Of a stretch of 64,000 nucleotides of DNA, positions 1 to 12,914 are shown piece after piece (positions within the stretch are counted from its first letter, which is position 1; each line of letters starts with the position of its first letter). The position numbers and the translations under genes were made by a program. This DNA comes from Kondoa subrosea (lineage: Eukaryota), in the NCBI GenBank assembly GCA_039545335.1, contig BCIN01000005.1:1020641-1084640 (forward strand), read 5' to 3'. A model generated the notes under the pieces. The model was given only the letters and a program-made list of their open reading frames with translations, searched no databases and was not told the origin of the DNA.

Positions 1-320
1 GTGGATTACAGAGGTACGTGCGGGATACAGGCACTCAGCTTCGCGCTGATGTTGTATTTCTCGCCGTACAGGAATATTGACTTGCCTGGATGTCAGCTCG
101 GAATTGTCTTTTGCTCTGAAAGTTCCTACTGACTCATCTTATTAAGGGCTACATGAACATCGCTATGGAAAACACTGAAGAGCTGGTCAATGGAGTACCT
201 AAGAACACTTTTGGTGATGCTTTCATTCGAGGCAACAACGGTTCGTCAGAGGTTTCATCATATGCTAGTAGTATATTCTAAAGCCGTAGGAGAACAGTGC
301 TCTATATCTCGCGGCTGTGA
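1..320 (+). CDS. LSM6: Sm-like protein LSm6 (5' end outside window)
   Basis: Spliced reading VDYRG|ILTCLD|GYMNIAMENTEELVNGVPKNTFGDAFIRGNN|VLYISRL* shows Sm1 (LDGYMNIAME) and Sm2 (FIRGNNVLYIS) motifs; TGA 318-320. Confidence 0.9.
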
Positions 321-516
321 AAAGCAACAAGCGAAGCAACCGACTATGTACAGGATTCTGGGTTGGTGCAGGCAAATCTCTTCGCATGCAATTGATGATC
401 TATAACTGCATGGGCAGCTGAATTTGTTTATGACGCGTGCTTCAGAACTACCTTGCACCGCCCAGCTTGATATTTGACTCCTTGAATTTGTCAATGCAGC
501 TTGCCGATCGTCTACC

Positions 517-1387
517 ATGTCCCGCCTAGCCTTGAGACTATTACCACGCTATGCTGCCAGTTCAACAGCAACAACAGCTCGATCAATCTTGTTACCCGTA
601 GCGTCCAGCTCTAAAGCACCAACGAAAGCTTCCTTCTCCACTTCTGCTCGTTTGTCTATTTTTCGAATCCTCGCTCGATTTCAGAGATTGAATCAGAATA
701 ATAGCGCTGCAGCATGGTGGTTTAGAAGCTGGCAGACCAGCAGCAGGCACAGGGTATTGCACAAAACAACGACATGCCCAGACATACAAATCTGATGATA
801 TAAATTGCAGGATCAAAGTCCATTTCAAGAAATCCAATGGAGATCTCATCGATACAGTTGAAGGCAACGAAGGGGATGATTTGGTTGATTTAAGTCAAGA
901 GTACGATTTAGATATTGAAGCTGCTTGCGAGAAATCTTTGGCTTGTTCTACTTGTCATGTTATTCTGGAACCGGACATGTATGATCGATTGGAGGAACCA
1001 TCAGATGAAGAAAATGATATGTTAGGTAAGGAACGACTGCTTGTGATAGGGAGGTTTGAAGCAAGACTGATTCGGTTCGATCCAGATTTGGCTTTTGGTT
1101 TGACGGATACGTATGCTCTGTGTTCTGATATCGTTACACAATTCTCAATATCTTACAGATCACGGTTGGGCTGTCAAGTTAAGCTGACGAAGGATATGGA
1201 TGGTATGGTAGTCAAACTTCCGTCAGCAACACGAAATGTAAGCTTCCTCGCTCCGTCTTCAGTGACCAGGTACTGATTCGAACGCGTCTTCAGATGGCTG
1301 TAGAGTAAGTTAGGCAAGCCCCTCGCGCAATCACCGATCAGCTTATCGTGCTCTTCTTCCAGCGGTCACAAATCCAGTCATCATTAG
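517..1387 (+). CDS. YAH1: Mitochondrial 2Fe-2S ferredoxin (adrenodoxin-type)
   Basis: Arg/Ser-rich presequence; [37 protein letters not shown]; multi-exon, ends GHKSSHH* (TAG 1385-1387). Confidence 0.93.
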
Positions 1388-1603
1388 TAGATATTGTGAA
1401 ACATAGCATAATCACTGCTCTAATAGTATTGCTGCCGAGTGTGATGTATCCGACAGTTTCACCAGCATCAGAGAGGCACTTCACTTGCAAGGTGATCGAC
1501 CTTCTTCTCTTGTCGACGAACAGGCATATCCAGGTTTCGCGATACCACTGAGAGGACCGTACTGCTGTTATTGCGTTGATCTATATATCCCTTATCTTCG
1601 CCA

Positions 1604-3165
1604 ATGAGCTCGAAAGCGAACGCAAAAGATCGTATTGTGCGTTTCTTTCACCCTCTGATTGCAGCTTTCGTATTGACAGCCGACGGTCCAGCGAATCGCA
1701 CTCGCGCTCCTCTTACTTGATCAACCAGGCTCCATCGAATCATCTGTTGCTGCTCTTCGTGCTCAAATCGCAAAAAAACGCATCACACCTGCAAGTAAAG
1801 ATGTTTTACTTGGATTTGCTTCTGTTGAACCTACTCAAGCTCTTGCTGGACAATTAAAGAGGACTATAGAACAAGTGAATGATTTGAAGAATGAATTACA
1901 AAGTAAAGAACTTGGTGAGTCGTCCAGCCTTGGACACCAGATGCCAAAGAATAAGGCTTATTAAGGGATTCATAGAGCTGCAGCAATTAAGATCAAAGAA
2001 ACCAAAGCTCGTCTTACCCAATGAAACTCCAACGAAAGCAGCTAAAACCAAAGCCAAGAAAGTTGCTGCTCGATTAGATAAGATCACAGCTATCGAGAAC
2101 TTGATTGCTTCTTTCGAGCAGCAGCAGCAAATCTCTTCTCAATCTGAATTTCCTCTTGTGGAACCGCATCAGATCCTTTGCTCTTTGTTAGAGTATCAAT
2201 CTACTTACAAGAAGAGTAAAGCTGAAAAAGAAGAAGCAGCTCAACCAGTGCGATTACTCCCTCGAATCAAATTGATCGAAACAAATGCATTGGAATTACT
2301 AGGAGGTCTGACTGCGTCCATTCCTGCTTTAACGGAAATCACATTGTCCCAAACTTCGATGGTACCTGCTTTGAGGGAATTGATACTTTGGACTTGTACT
2401 ACCGCTTGCGAAATGTTGGAATCTTGTCGTACTCAAGCAGCGAAACATGCTTCGAAATCTAGTGCGGAAGAAGTGGCACAAGCTATCAATGTTGTTCTCA
2501 ATGGAATAACAATTGAAGTAAGGCAGAACTAATACTAGGGTCAAGATCGAGGCTAATCCAATCTCTCTGGTCAGCTGAACGCACTGATTAAAGCTATTTT
2601 CGATGCTCTGCTTCGTGTTTCCAATCGCCTCCATTTAGCGTTTTGCAGTACTTCAAACCGACCACCTTCGGCTCATCTAGAACAACTCTTGCAAGCCGAT
2701 ACCAGATCCGAGCTACTCTTCATTCTCACTTCTCTACCTAGTACTTTACCTTCTTCTCTTGTTTCTGCCATGATTGAATGTCTGATTTCGAATGGATTTG
2801 CATTGATTTGCGAGATTTATAATGATTGGGAAGGACAAGGAAAAGATGGAACTTGCAAAGATTTACCAGCTATCAATGGAAGAAAAGATGTTTTACATTT
2901 GGTGATACCGTTCATGAGTCAATTATTATCGCCAACGATGTTAAAGCAATTCAGCTTTGAAGAAGCAAAGGATTGTATTTTCGCTTCCACACTCGATAAG
3001 GCTACTCAGTTGATGATGTCAGTGATGCAAGGGAATGAAGAAGAGGGAGTCTTTGGGAAACAGATCAAACAGGACATGCTTTCCTTGTTGGAACAGCTTT
3101 TCGTTTGTTTTGATGCTAGCAAAATTGGTTTCGGAATTGTGAGAGATGATATTGATCAGGAGTAA
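1604..3165 (+). CDS. Hypothetical protein with N-terminal coiled coil
   Basis: ATG 1604 plus spliceable exons joining into ORFs 1891-2532 and 2689-3165; no recognised motif. Confidence 0.6.
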
Positions 3166-3316
3166 ACTCTATGTACGATGAAAATTCTACAACAACATGA
3201 TGTGACGGAAAATAATTCTGAAAAAGACCCTAAATTCTATCCCGACAACCTATCTACCCTTAACTCGAAATCTACATACCGATACAAGCTAAAATCAACC
3301 GATTCGAATACCTACT

Positions 3317-5550
3317 TCAGTCTACTTTCGAAACTCTACTTCTGGGTAAATCGTCTGCGGAAGCCGATAGCTTGCGTTTCCCAGCCGGGCGCGTTTCGCT
3401 CAATGATTCGACCAGACTGTGTCGCTGTTCAGCATAGAAGCGTGTCATGAAACTTGACATGGCTTGAGCGTTATGTATAGAATTCTGACGACCTGGATTC
3501 GGGCTAGCAGAAAGTGTTTGACCTTTAAGATACGTCTACATGGGCAATTAGCAGTTGCAAAAAGGGAATGTGAAGGATTGACTTACAGAGACGAGACTAG
3601 GCTGGCCCAACATGCCATCGACAGCTTGGAAAAATTGACATGCCAAGGTTTCAAAAGTCGATAGCGAGTATTTGACGCTGAGCGAAGACAGATGTGCCGC
3701 TATCGACATTGACTCGGGTACGTCGAGGAACTGGTATACCATATCAGCAAGTGCAGATAGAACAGAATGATAGAACCAACCTCATGCTTTCTTTCCCTCA
3801 TCTCTCGCTCGAACTCAGCTTGAGCAGCACTTCTAACACTAAACAACATTTGAGCAGCTTCAACAAGTCTATCGCTTGCATCCTGTTCTTCTTCTTCTTC
3901 TGTATCACTTTCTTCCTGTTCATCATCTGAAGAAGCCGCAGATCCAGAACGACTTGTCTCTCTTGACGCTTTTGTTGCGGATGTTGGGAGGATCACTCTT
4001 CTCCTATTCCACATTCTTCCATCCCATCCACCACAACCAACACCAAGGAGCACATCAATCGCTTCTATTCCGGTCCAACCATGCGTGAGGAACCCATTTA
4101 GGCATGCTTGAGTACATAAAGCGACCAATAATTTGTACCATGCTGGTTCAGCACAGAAAGTCCTCTTATCAGCTGATGAATTGTCGGCGGTTTGTTCAGA
4201 AGTAGAAGGTAAAGGTACAGCATTTGCTTCAGGTGAAAGAGGACCAATCGAGTCTTGTGCTAGATCGATAAAGAGAGCAGAAGAAAGAATGAGGAATTCA
4301 GGGATGAGTGCCGCAAGCGATTCTCGCCTTTGACTTGCTACTAAGCTGAGTTCGACTTTGCCTAGTGATGAAGAGGGTGAAGAACCATTGAAAAGACTAG
4401 TGCAAGTTGCACATTGCTGAACCCTGTGTCGGCCGCACCATGCCAGAGAAGGAGGAAGTTCAGAATTGACAGAATTGGCGAAAATTGCTTGAGCTCGAGT
4501 TCGGAGAGCTTGCCCATGCATAATTCGATAATCATGGTGAGGATTGCTCGGCAATTGTGCGGCTTGCTCTGGTGTATTGTTGGCTCCAAAGAGGCCTTGA
4601 GTCGGCAATTCGGTAGCTTCTGGGTCCATTTCTGCATCCTCGGCAGCAAATTTCTGTGCCAAAAGTGATTGAGATTTGCCAGAGAAGTTGACTGGAGGAG
4701 AGACAAGGGATGCCGAAGATACGTAAGCGACAGAGACGAGATCTGCAGGTAGCGATATAGGGTCCGTTTTACCGTCGTAAGATATAGCTATTGTATTCTT
4801 CTTGACGGGTTTGTTCGGGCTGCTAGATTCGCCGAAAAGCTTATTGACAAGTGTAGAGACTTGATGCCGGCGCTGAACAGTGTATGAGCGTTCTTGTGAA
4901 GGTACTGGAAGACTAGGGTGAAGAGTTGTGTGTTTGTTGAAAGCACTGACGGAAGCGACGGTCAAGTTCCGCCGAACTTGCATCATTCCCTGAACAGTAC
5001 GTTCCAATGAGGTAGCCCGCGAGGAAAGAGCGGCAAAGACGGAGATGTTTCCTCGAGTAGGTAGATTGAGATTGACTCCCGGTAAAGTCTTGAGCAAAGT
5101 CATGCTGGCTTCATCCGCTTCGGACGGGAAGGAAGAAAGATCATCGTATTGAGGTTTCTCGCCGTTGGCTCTTGACAGGTACTCCTGTTCTGCCGATCTC
5201 GTGAAGGAGACGCTTTGTTTGGCTGCCATTAACCGAATTGTTGCATTGAGCCATCTATAGTAAATCCATCAGATAACAGGGTTTAGAAGAACTGGTCGCA
5301 CGTACGCCAAGTACTCAGTGATGCTGTCCCTAGAGCGATCTCCTCTCGGTTGCTGAGATCTGTTATCTATCGCATGCGATGTATCCGCTTTGCTTGGACT
5401 GGCTTTCGAGAGGTTTCTATTGAGCTTGACTCTTTCTTTGAAGGCCTCTTCAGATATGAAATGCCGATAAGGCGAGCCTTGGAGCGAGACGGCTTTACTT
5501 GTGGTGTTCGACCAGTTGTCGGTTACTGGTATCAGAATATGATCTGCCAT
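3317..5550 (-). CDS. Hypothetical protein (acidic patch, basic NLS-like C-terminus)
   Basis: Exon 1 from ATG 5550 splices in frame (YLA|WLNATIRLMAAKQ) into the 509-codon ORF 3700-5229; further exons end ...GKRKLSASADDLPRSRVSKVD* (stop 3317-3319). Confidence 0.7.
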
Positions 5551-5947
5551 TGGCTTTCGGCAGACAGCAAAGGATGCAGTCTCAGGCTATCGTTGCTAGT
5601 CAGGGATATCAGACTTGCGCGGTGGGAACACTTTGTGGTCGTAACTAGAAAAACGGGAGAACCTCATGAAATCAAGGCGAACTTCGGAAACGGGGCATTA
5701 AATGGGCAATCTCGACCACTATTGGCAATCGCATTGACGTACGCAAGCCAGTGGAGTTCTGTACGCAGCAGTATAAGTAGCCGCCTCTCGCAAACGGTGG
5801 GCGATCAAAGGATATGTTGAAATCAAGCTCAAAGTTGAAAGAAGCCAGCCAAGTTGGGATTAGTAAGCATAATATATAACATTTCACGCCCAATAGACCA
5901 GCTACAGCGATGTTTTATTGCTTTCCTTTCATTCCTGCTCCCTTATT

Positions 5948-8900
5948 CTACGTCAAGACAACAATCTTGCCTAGACCAATAATCGTTGTGCTTGGAGCGA
6001 TAGTATTGACTTTGAAGCGGATACTATTAGTAAATTTGGTTCCAGTGAAGACGGTCGTGGCTGATCCGTCTGTTTTGAGAGATCTCGTATCTTGCGTTGT
6101 GGCCAAAAGTCCAGCGGTCAGAGCAGAAGAGAAGGTAAGGGTTCCGGACATGATCTGGTCTTTGCCTGTCGTGGTCGCGCCAAACATGATAATCTGTTTG
6201 ACAGTCTGTGAAAGAAGCAATAGGGTGAGTCATTGTGAAGATGAGGTAGGAAAAGACATAGACTTACAATCGGGTATGGGAAATCGAGCTGAATCCAATT
6301 GCCCGTTCTAGAGGTAACCCAAGCAGATTGAAGAGAACCGTAGTTGACGCCTGACTGGAAGTCTCCATTGGGAACAAATTGACTGACAGTGACAGTCGCT
6401 GCGTCGGCAACGTTGTTTGGCAAACTTTCTTCTGGATAACTTCGCACTGTTGGCATTGCAACTGCGGATGATGTAGAAGAAGTCTTGCTTGCAGAAGAGG
6501 AGGAACTGCTAGAAGAGGAAGTGGCTTTGCTACTTGTAGGAGTCGGACTTTGCGAGCTCGAGCTTGAACTTGAGATGGAAGTCGAAGTCGCCCGGGAAGA
6601 GCTAGATGAGCTTGAAGAACTACTTTGCTGCGAGGATGAAGTAGTTTTCGAAGCGATAGGCGAAGAGGAGGTGCTACTGCTTGTTGCCGGAGTAGAAGAG
6701 CTTGAGGACGATGACTTGACAATGCTGCTGCTGCTACTCGATGAGACTGCGCTCGAGACTCTGCTAGAGCTCTGGGATAACGGGCTACTGCTACTTGATG
6801 CAAGTACGCTGGAGCTAGGCGATACAGAAGTACTGCTGCTTGATGCGATTACGCTGGAGCTGGCAGACAGAGAGCTACTGCTGATCTTCTGAGATGACGC
6901 TGACGAAAGCGCTGAAGAAACCGAATTGCTAGAGGCAATAGATGACCTCTGTGAAGCACTGGACTGCACATTGCTGCTAGGTTGCATTGAAGCGGAGGAA
7001 TAAGCCGAAGCCGAAACGACACTCGGCAGGACGCTCGACGAAGCTCCTACGGAAGAAGAGTTGTAGCTAGCGGTGATGCCTCCAACTGGGTTCAAGAAGC
7101 CAGAAGCCCCATATGAGATGGCGCCAAGGCTGGCAGAAGGCATGGCCGATGACCGAATGCTAGACCCGCTGATGGTTGCACTTGCAGATGAAGATCTTGC
7201 GGACCCATAGCTGGAAGCCGACATACTCTGGCTGATGCCAGAAGACGCAGGAGGTGCGGGCAAGACGAATCCAAAGACTTGGAATTCTGTCAAGCCAACA
7301 GAACGCGTTGTGCTGGCCAAAAGTAATCAGGACAAAAGCACATCAACGAGAAAAGAAAAACGTACGAGCTGACGCTTTTGACAGTAAAACGCGCCCATTT
7401 GACTTTCTTCATGGGGAATGATTGTGTCAAAGGAGTAGTTCCTGCGTTTGGCAGAGCTCCAGTTGTGATTCCGCTTCCGTCGCTGAACGTCACTTGGCCA
7501 GTAGTGACTTGGCTCGTGGCCGATTGACTGTCCCAAAGCGAAATCCTGGTAATGTTGACCGGAGAAGACCAAGTTAGAAGCACATAAGCGCCTGCTCCTT
7601 GACCGTTTGACGTCCATTCGGCGGTTGTGCCTAGAGAAAGGTTTAGCATTTCTTTTCGGCAGAACAAAATCACAACTGACCATCGATAACCCGAGCAGCA
7701 GGGTTTGCCGTCGTCTGACTTGACGCGACAACCATAGCCAAAGGCGCAACATTGACCACTGCTGTAGAGAAGGGAACTGCTGCTGAAGAACTTGCACTTG
7801 CGCTGAGTATTTGTGAGCTGGAAGAACCTTGAGAGGTCAAGATTTGAGATACAGATGCCACACCTGAGCTTAAAGCTTGGGATGCCGATGGTAAGCTTGA
7901 GATGATCGAAGAGGGAAGAAGGCTGCTGCCAGATTGCTGAGACGACTGCGCTGCTGAAGCTGGAGATTGAGATAGCGCGAAGGAAATGACAGAACCAGAA
8001 ATTTGGCCAGACGTTGATACGGAGGCTGAAGGGCTTGGCAGACCACTAGAGTAACCAGAAACGTTAGATACTGATGCGATGGAAGATCCAGAAATTATAG
8101 TTGGTTGCATTGACGAAGCTGAGACAGACATTGATGCTGAAATCAAGGCGCTGACTGGAACACCAAAGACTTGTATTTCTGCCAAACCTACATTGCCGGT
8201 TGTAGCAGAAACCGAAGTGACAGTGAATAGTAGACTCGTAGCAATTGTAGGCGGGAAAGCAGCGGCAGGAGTGTATTTGCCAGCGTTATTAAGTTGACCA
8301 ACTTGAGCGATAGATCCGTCCGAGAATGTGATAGTCCCACTCAAGACCTGATCATTCTGGTTTGGTCGATCAGCAAGGTTGATAGAGGAAATCTGATAAG
8401 CTTGGTTCCATGTGAGGTTGAGAGTAGCGCCAACGCCTTGGCCATTGGTAGACCATTCTTTTGTGTAATCTCCTGGGTCTGAAACAGCAAATTCAGCTCT
8501 GAAAATTCCTCCGATTTGAGCAGGACCCAAGCTTACATCCATCATCAACACCATCAATGGCAGCGCGAGCTCCTTGATTAGGCGCTTCGGAAGATGCGAC
8601 AGCAGAAGCCAAAGGTGCAATATTGCTTTGTGGGAGACTTGTTGCGGTTGGCAAAGGCCCACTCGTTGACGCGGAAGCCGAAGCAGCGCTCACAGGCAGT
8701 CCGTAGACCAAGATTTCGGAAAGACCCACATTGGCAGTACTGGCCGAAACTGAAGTGACTGTGAACAACAAGCTCTGAGCGGTGACAGGTTGCATAGAAA
8801 CTGGAGTAGCGGTGCCATCGTTGTTTAATTGCCCGATCTGAATGGCAGAGCCATCTGAGAAAGTGATCGTTCCACTGAGCACGTTATCATTGAGGTTAGG

Positions 8901-10685
8901 TCGATCAGCAAGACTGATTGCTGAGATGCGGTAAGGCTGACTCCAGGTCAAGTTCAATGTGGCTCCGACTGTTTCTCCATTGCTTGCCCATTCTTTCGTG
9001 TAGTCTCCGGGATCTAAAAGGCCTGTTAGCAAATTTGAACGCAGATGACAACGGTTTAAGCTTACATCCGCCTAGAACTCCGTCGATGGCTGCATCTGCT
9101 TCCTGTCCATAAGATTGCGAAGAAGCTGTGGCAACAGCAAGTAGAGCGATATCGGGCAGACTTGAAGTGGTAGCTGAGGGTGCAGCTGAAGAAACTGTTG
9201 CAGAAGCTTGAAGTACTTGATATACTTGCATTTCAGCCAAACCCACACTGCCAGTGGTGGAGGAGACGCTTGTAACGGTGAATGTTAGTGTCTGAGTAGT
9301 ACGAGGTACAAAAGTGACCACGATCGGACCACCTGAATTGTCGAGAGTACCAACGCTGACCGAAGATCCATCATCGAAAGTCAGAGCACCTCCTAGCACT
9401 TGGTCCTGCGAAAGATCATGATCAAAACAACGCTCAGTACACTCAAAATGAAACTTACATTTGAGTTTGGTCGATCGTACAACGTCACTTGACCGATAGT
9501 GTATGGTTGCGACCAGGTGAGTGTAATCCACGCTCCTGTACCTTCGGAATTGGAGGCCCATTCGGCAGAATAATTTGCTGGATATCCGCTGATCACACCA
9601 TCATTGACTCTGTTCGGAGGTTGTACGCTGGAACTAGAAGAAGCGGTTGCAGTAGCCAGAAGCGCAATGTTGTTGGACGTATCTATTGCCACTGAAGAAG
9701 TAGAGTTGTTGGCTGATGTTGTACCAGCACAAGTCATCACTTGGATTTCAGCCAAACCAACGCTACCAGTAGAAGAGCTGACACTTTCGACAGTGAGGAG
9801 AAGAGACGAGGTTGTGACCTGGTTCAAAGGGAAAGCAGCTGCTGAACCATCGTTATTTAGTGTACCGAAATTTGAAGTTGTTCCATCTTCGAAAGTGAAA
9901 GTTCCACCAGTCATCCAATCGTCAGGATTAGGACGATCGTATAGCTATCCTAAGCGTTCAACTGGTGCTATTCCAAAATGAAGAACAAAACTTACAACCA
10001 CCGAGCAGATAGTATATTCTTGGTTCCATGTCAAAGCTAAAGTTGCACCATCTCCTTCACCATTGCTGGCCCACTCTGCGCTATAATTTGCAGGGTAGCC
10101 AGAAATGACACCATCGATTGCACGTTGAGCCGGCTGAACGCTTGAAGCGCTGGAAGCTACAATTTGGGCCAGAGGAGCGATGTTGATGCCGGACGAAGCA
10201 TCTTGTGTGGAATTGGAAGAGGCAGCTAGCGAACCATAGACCTGGAATTCTGCTAATCCAACGTTCGAGGTTGTAGGAGAAACAGCAGTAACTGTAAGAA
10301 GAATAAAGGTTGTTGTGATAGGAGGGAAAGTGAAGACTGTTGCTGATCCATCGTTGTACAAAGCGCCAAGAACGACTTCAGTACCGTCAGAGAAATCAAT
10401 AGTCGCTTGCCACATCTGGTCATTCAAGTTCGGACGATCATAAAGGACAACGGTATCGACTGTGTATGCTTGAGACCATGTGAGAGTGAAAGTAGTGCCA
10501 ACTTTGCCTCCGTTTGAGCTCCATTCAGCATAGCCATTGGTCTGCAAGATAAGTCAGAGAGTATCCATATACTAAGTATTCAAATGTACGGGATATCCAT
10601 TCAAGTTATTGTCGATAGCCTTATCAGGTGTTTGGCCGGAAGCGGAAGAAGAAGCGGAAGCTGTAGCTAGCAAAGCAACATTCTG
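5948..10685 (-). repeat. Seven tandem protein-domain repeats of about 135 aa
   Basis: Approximate units 10685-10236, 10183-9735, 9672-9221, 9153-8703, 8624-8165, 7753-7272 and 6414-5948; Ser-rich spacers about 7770-8150 and 6430-7250. Confidence 0.85.
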
Positions 10686-11801
10686 TTCATTGGTCGGGAC
10701 CGGTCCAGCTGAAGTTGGTGTAGTGTTGACTGCAATGGCTGGTTGAGAAGCTTGTAATGCAAGAGAAGGTGTAACGATGTATTGGCGTTGAAGCCAATCA
10801 ACTTCCGGTCTGCCTGCAGCCACGCAAGCCGATTGACTTTGACACTCGTTCGAATCGTATGCTTAAAAGAAACGGAAGTAAGGAGGTGTGTGAAGGAAGC
10901 GACATATTGAACTTACGAGTGTAGACGAAGAAAGCAGATGTCTTGGCAGCGATTTGATCGCTTGACAAATTAGGTGCATAGTGGACACTTGCAGGGTAGG
11001 CCATGTAACCGTTCAGTGAAGCAGTGGATCCCAATGAATTATAGATGGAAGAAACAATGCGAGCAGTAGTCTGATGATCAGTGTGGTCGCCAACGCCGTA
11101 GTCAGAGAGATAGTCCAACGTCTGTATGTTGAGTGGCTGGCGAGCAATAATAATCTGTCCCAAAGCTGTGACTAGGTCGGTCATTGAGAAAGTGGCTGTT
11201 CCATATCTGTTGTTCATGAAATCGATCGAGCCATAGTACAGCTTGAGTAAACTTTGGTAAGATGATCGACCAAAGCCCGACCCATCCATATTCCTATGGC
11301 GGTCAAAAAGCGCAGACGTGAGCGAGTGAACGGAGGTGCTACTGAAAAAGGCTCACCCATCAGGCAGGCGGAACCAGACTCTCTGAATGTTGGGCTGACC
11401 AGCAAGAGTTCGAACAAGCACAGGTTGACCAGCAAATGAGGCGTTGTATTCAGTCCAGGAATCGGTCACACCAGCCATTGAAGCATAAGCAGCTTCATTG
11501 CCTGCTTCTCTGCTTTCTGAGTAATCGAAACCAAGACCTGCATCACCAGAGGTCATGAAGACATGAGTGACGCAAAGGCCACTTTGAACGGGTCCAATCA
11601 GATCGGGAGATTGACTGTCATTGTTATTCTGTCAGATTGCCATTTTCGTAGAAAGAACAGAAACACTGACAACAACAGATCGTCATCAGGATGAGCAACG
11701 ATACTGAGTAATCCGCCAACACAGTTGAAGACTTGAGCTTGAACTCTTGCAAGTTGAAAAGCCAGTACAAAGAGTGTCGTCAACGCATGAAGCTTCAACA
11801 T
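5948..11801 (-). CDS. Secreted PIG-L/LmbE-family N-deacetylase fused to 7 tandem discoidin/F5-8C-like (DUF7402-like) modules with Ser-rich linkers
   Basis: Signal peptide MLKLHALTTLFVLAFQLARVQA; AHPDDD (about 11680-11696), TSGDAG, R-x-x-G-x-x-x-AY and DHTDH (11074-11088) metal motifs; then repeated N(I/V)A..A...SS...AIDG...EW.SNG...L.W...DRPN...F.DG...L.N.G...VT.VS..T.NVGLAE.QV units; stop TAG 5948-5950. Confidence 0.85.
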
Positions 11802-12232
11802 CTTTCTGACTCCACTGGTTTAATTGATTGAAGCACACTCTCTGACAGGTATAGTAGTAGAAAACGAATGTGTATAAGTCTGAAGAGACAAAGCAGGCAA
11901 AAGGAAATCCAAAACAGGGATATACCAAAAAAGTGAGAACAATTGCAAGAGCAAGCTACAGACATCCTGTACAAGGCAACATGGATGGACGCAGAGTTTC
12001 CGGACTCTGCATTATCTGCCAGCCGCTTTTGGTGATCCCGCCAGGGCGAGGCTTTTGATTCAACTGAAAAAGGCAAAAAATGGCTGAATAAGCAATTCGA
12101 CAGCAGACACAGGTCGCACTATTCGTAGAGGGCGTGCCTGTGGCTCGTCGAATAGAATGGAGTCTTTGTTCTTTCTCATACCGAGTATAATCTTCGACAT
12201 CAAGGTTTGGCGACAAGACAAGTTGTGGGACA

Positions 12233-12914
12233 ATGCAAGCTCGACTATTGGCTTTAGTGGCTGCCTTCCTCGCTTGTTCAGTAGCAGCACAAGACACAGA
12301 TCAAGCTACATCCAGTCCAACTGCAACAGATAGTCTCCCTCCAACAGACCTCTCTTCTTCAGTAACTCTGCCTTCAGTAACAGCACTACCTGCAGCCTCC
12401 GTGTCAGCTGTTGGTGCAAAGTTGAACAAAGCTATCCCAACTGGTCGAAAACGTTTCAGAGCAAAGAAGAAGGCTAAAATGTGTGCTCACCTTGCTTCTT
12501 TGGGTCAAGCCTGTGGTGATGTTGCCACCAATTGCTGGTAAGCCATACCAATCTCTATCTTGACAGACAAGTTCTTGATCAGACCTTTGTATGATTAGCT
12601 CTGTTGGCCAAACTTGCAGCGGAGGAGCCTGCATTCGATTCTGTCCTCGTCAATCTTTAGAAGGATGGTGTTCCACACAGGACGATTGCGATTCCAGTCT
12701 AGGTTATCTGTGCACCAACAATCGTTGCTTGCCGCATGCTGGTGGTGTATATGTTGAAGCCAATGCAGCTTGCGATCAAGGAGAAGGGAATACTCAATAT
12801 TGGTGAGTTTTCTTTCTTGCTTCGAAAGTAGAGAAAAACGAGAAGCTGACAACTGAGAGCAGTCTACCTGGGAAGGCTGTTTGCGTTGATGGCATGTGCG
12901 CTGAGTGCACTTGA
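12233..12914 (+). CDS. Small secreted cysteine-rich protein
   Basis: Signal peptide MQARLLALVAAFLACSVAA, Ser/Thr-rich pro-region, basic GRKRFRAKKK, then a Cys-rich domain over 3 exons ending CLPGKAVCVDGMCAECT* (TGA 12912-12914). Confidence 0.8.

Noticed and set aside
1437..1552. GTGATG...CTGA, suggestive of a C/D box snoRNA
   Set aside because: Imperfect C box, and no terminal stem or recognisable rRNA guide.
3170..3316. G-poor, AC-rich stretch resembling RIP-mutated or converted DNA, and ORF 3178-3450
   Set aside because: It lies between two convergent stop codons and is explained as 3' UTR strand bias; the ORF is partly antisense to the last exon of the minus-strand gene.
6264..6892. Leu/Glu-rich ORFs in alternative frames
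   Set aside because: Shadows of the Ser-rich linker of the deacetylase gene.
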